Source: a virus (Duplodnaviria > Heunggongvirae > Uroviricota > Caudoviricetes). Taken from it: a DNA stretch of 17,345 nt. The stretch is taken from positions 1 to 17,345 of the IMG/VR virus record IMGVR_UViG_2690316028_000014; one strand, 5' to 3'. The notes under the pieces were generated by a model. It had not been told where the DNA came from. It was given only the letters and a program-made list of their open reading frames with translations, and ran no database searches. Made by a program: the position numbers and the translations under genes. This document shows, one piece after another, positions 14,848 to 17,345 of the stretch (positions within the stretch are counted from its first letter, which is position 1; every line of letters begins with the position of its first letter).

Positions 14848-15887
14848 AAGCTGAAGCATGGCGAGTTGATAAGATGGGGGAGTTTAAGCCGCGAACGTTC
14901 GATGAAGCGTGCGTTCGCTGGCTTAACGAAAAGCAGCACAAGAAAAGCCTGGACGATGACAAAAGCCGGATCGGATTCTGGAGGATGCACTTCAAAGGAA
15001 TGGACCTGTCAGCAATCACGGAAGACAGGATCTTGTCGGCGGTGAGTTCGATGGTTAATCGCAAACATCGAATGAACTGGGAGGCTAAACGGGACAGCCT
15101 GCTGCGAAGAGGTAAGCCGGTTCCTGAATTTAAGGATAAACCAGCGTCGCTGGCGACGAAGGCGACGCACCTTGCTTTCATCCGGGCGCTGTTACGATGC
15201 GCGGCCAACGAATGGCGATGGATAGCCAAAGCGCCGAACATCAAATGCCCGGTGCCGAAAAATAAGCGTATTCGCTGGCTAACCAAAGAGGAAGCGGCGA
15301 ACCTGATCCGGGAGCTTCCCGAGCATATGAAGCCAGTTGTTATTTTTGCACTGGCGACAGGGCTGCGCAGATCGAACATCACCGATCTGGAGTGGTCACA
15401 AATTGATATGCAGAGGAAGGTCGCGTGGATTCACCCCGAGGACGCGAAAGCAGGAAGGGCGATTGGGGTCGCCCTGAACGAATCGTCCTGTAAGGTGCTG
15501 CGGGAGCAACTGGGGAAACATAACCGTTGGGTCTTTGTTCACACTGAATCATCCGTTCGCCCGGATGGAACGAGAACAAAGGCAGTGCGCAAAATGCGGT
15601 CTGATGCTAACACGGCATGGCGCGCGGCGTTAAGGCGGGCGGGAATAGAAAATTTCCGCTTCCATGACCTGCGGCACACCTGGGCAAGCTGGCTTGTACA
15701 GTCCGGCGTGCCACTCAGTGCGCTACAGGAAATGGGCGGGTGGGAAAGTATCGAGATGGTGCAGCGTTATGCGCATCTGGCACCGAATCACCTGACGCAG
15801 CATGCCATGCAAATCGACTCATTCCTGGCGGGGAATGGCACAAATATGGCACAAGGCGCTTTTGCTGAACTGGTGAATATCGCGTGA
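14724..15887 (+). CDS. int: Tyrosine integrase (P22-like)
   Basis: 387 aa; RBS AGGAGG; catalytic signature [15 protein letters not shown] ... VQRYAHL (R-H-R-Y family); ends 15 bp from the tRNA-Thr 3' end. Confidence 0.9.
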   Translation: MSIKQRAGTWHCDFVTPGGSRIRRSLGTTDKRQAQELYDQLKAEAWRVDKMGEFKPRTFDEACVRWLNEKQHKKSLDDDKSRIGFWRMHFKGMDLSAITEDRILSAVSSMVNRKHRMNWEAKRDSLLRRGKPVPEFKDKPASLATKATHLAFIRALLRCAANEWRWIAKAPNIKCPVPKNKRIRWLTKEEAANLIRELPEHMKPVVIFALATGLRRSNITDLEWSQIDMQRKVAWIHPEDAKAGRAIGVALNESSCKVLREQLGKHNRWVFVHTESSVRPDGTRTKAVRKMRSDANTAWRAALRRAGIENFRFHDLRHTWASWLVQSGVPLSALQEMGGWESIEMVQRYAHLAPNHLTQHAMQIDSFLAGNGTNMAQGAFAELVNIA

Positions 15888-15901
15888 ACCCGCGTGGTTA
15901 G

Positions 15902-15977
15902 TGGTGCCGATAAGAGGAGTCGAACCTCCGACCTTCGCATTACGAATGCGCTGCTCTACCAACTGAGCTATATCGGC
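15902..15977 (-). tRNA. thrW: tRNA-Thr (anticodon CGU)
   Basis: Reverse complement reads GCCGATATAGCTCAGTTGGTAGAGCAGCGCATTCGTAATGCGAAGGTCGGAGGTTCGACTCCTCTTATCGGCACCA: 7-bp acceptor stem, D-loop AGCTCAGTTGGTAGAGC, anticodon loop TTCGTAA, T-arm GGTTCGA, encoded CCA. Confidence 0.9.
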
Positions 15978-16091
15978 CCTGAAAGGACATGTTCACGAAC
16001 GTGAATCACGGTGGACAAGGTTAAAACTAACCGGGCGATGCGTCAATGGCCTTGTGAATCAAATGGCTACTTTTGCATCACCCGGTTTTAT

Positions 16092-17345
16092 TTACGCACG
16101 AATGGTGTAATCACCAATGCCGATCCACTTGTAAGTGGTCAGTGCTTCCAGCCCCATTGGGCCACGCGCGTGGAGTTTTTGTGTGCTTACCGCCACTTCC
16201 GCACCCAGACCAAACTGGCCGCCGTCGGTAAAACGCGTAGAGGCGTTAACGTAAACAGCGGACGAATCCACTTCGTTAACAAAACGCTGGGCGTTGCGCA
16301 TATCGCGGGTCAGGATCGCATCGGAGTGTTGTGTGCCGTGTTCACGAATATGGGCGATGGCATCGTCAAGATCGCTGACGATTTTGACGTTCAAATCTAA
16401 TGACAGAAACTCATCGTCATACTCTTCGGCTTTAACAGCAACCACCTTCGCAGGGCCTGCCTGCAACTGCGCCAGTGCAGCTGCATCTGCGTGTAATGTC
16501 ACGCCGCTTTCCGCCATTTGTTTGCTTAATGCGGGCAGGAAGCTATCGGCGATGTTTTTATTCACCAGCAACGTTTCAACCGTATTACATGTGCTCGGTC
16601 GCTGAGTTTTCGCGTTGACGATCACTTTTAATGCTTCAGCGATCTCTACACTTTCATCAACGTAAATATGGCATACGCCTATACCACCTGTGATCACCGG
16701 GATTGTCGACTGTTCACGGCACAGTTTATGCAAACCAGCGCCACCACGCGGGATCAGCATGTCGATGTATTTATCCATACGCAGCATTTCACTGACCAGC
16801 GCACGGTCAGGATTATCAATCGCCTGCACGGCACCCGCCGGTAAGCCGCAGGATTTCAGGGCGTCCTGAATCACCGCCACCGTTGCAGCGTTAGTGCGAC
16901 ACGTTTCTTTGCCACCGCGCAGGATCACCGCATTACCGGTTTTCAGGCACAGCGAAGCGACATCAACCGTCACGTTCGGGCGCGCTTCATAAATCACGCC
17001 AATAACCCCCAGCGGTACGCGACGACGCTCAAGACGCAGGCCGCTGTCCAGTACGCCGCCATCGATTACCTGCCCCACCGGATCGGCGAGGTTGCACACC
17101 TGACGTACATCGTCGGCAATGCCTTTCAGCCGTGCGGGCGTCAGTGCCAGACGGTCAAGCATCGCTTCGCTAAGGCCATTGGCTCGCGCGTCAGCAACAT
17201 CCTGGGCGTTAGCGTTGAGGATGATTTCGCTTTGTGCTTCCAGTTCATCGGCGATTTTTTCCAGCACGCGATTTTTTTCGCGGCTGGAGAGTTGCGCTAA
17301 TTTATACGAGGCTTGCTTCGCAGCAATGCCCATTTGTTCCAGCAT
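16092..17345 (-). CDS. proA: Gamma-glutamyl phosphate reductase
   Basis: Complete 417-aa ORF ([30 protein letters not shown]...) recognised as enterobacterial ProA; start codon is the last three bases of the window; host gene flanking the prophage. Confidence 0.95.

Larger units (their letters stand above)
1..15940. mobile_element. Integrated lambdoid prophage (P22-like int/xis), right-hand portion; left end lies outside the window
   Basis: Contiguous phage modules (replication, immunity, Red-like recombination, xis/int) end with a tyrosine integrase 15 bp from the 3' end of a tRNA-Thr gene; host proA follows. Right boundary is approximate (att core expected to overlap the tRNA 3' end). Confidence 0.75.

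Noticed and set aside
14246-15579. Minus-strand ORFs antisense to the 80-aa ORF, xis and int (14246..14497, 14379..14684, 14395..14730, 14597..14815, 14727..14990, 14840..15382, 15379..15579)
   Set aside because: Antisense to genes with catalytic motifs and RBSs; GC-rich shadow frames.
16011-16605. Plus-strand ORFs 16011..16400 and 16294..16605 opposite proA
   Set aside because: proA is a recognisable full-length host gene on the minus strand; these are its antisense shadows.
1-17345. Insertion sequences, transposases, integrons, or toxin-antitoxin pairs
   Set aside because: No transposase-like ORF, terminal inverted repeats, attI/attC-like sites or recognisable toxin folds were seen; the only mobility gene is the phage integrase.

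Overview
This window is the integrase-proximal half of a lambdoid prophage with a P22-like xis/int pair, integrated at the 3' end of a tRNA-Thr(CGU) gene (thrW-like) beside host proA. All calls rest on reading the sequence and motifs by eye; no database search was run, and start codons are inferred from RBS and overlap context. Left to right: (i) a minus-strand pR-type operon of tightly overlapping genes (cro-like, cII-like, O-like initiator with internal iteron origin, DnaC-like loader, several hypotheticals, an HNH endonuclease); (ii) the immunity switch, with divergent promoters and ACAAC-type operator repeats and a cI repressor carrying an S24 peptidase domain; (iii) a visibly AT-rich three-gene cargo island directly downstream of cI, closed by a bidirectional terminator, in the position lambda uses for rexAB; (iv) a second operator/promoter cluster (OL/pL-like) followed by a ~540-nt ORF-poor leader; (v) an early-left operon with small unknown genes, an ER/K-rich coiled-coil protein, gam-bet-exo, a fused C5-cytosine plus Dam-like N6-adenine methyltransferase, xis and int; (vi) tRNA-Thr and proA. 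The best candidate for an undescribed system is the cI-adjacent island (5119-6403): a small double-TM peptide, an 88-aa protein and a 216-aa C-terminally membrane-anchored protein. The fused double methyltransferase, the N-less pL leader and a codon-aligned sense/antisense ORF pair with a zinc-ribbon candidate are secondary leads.
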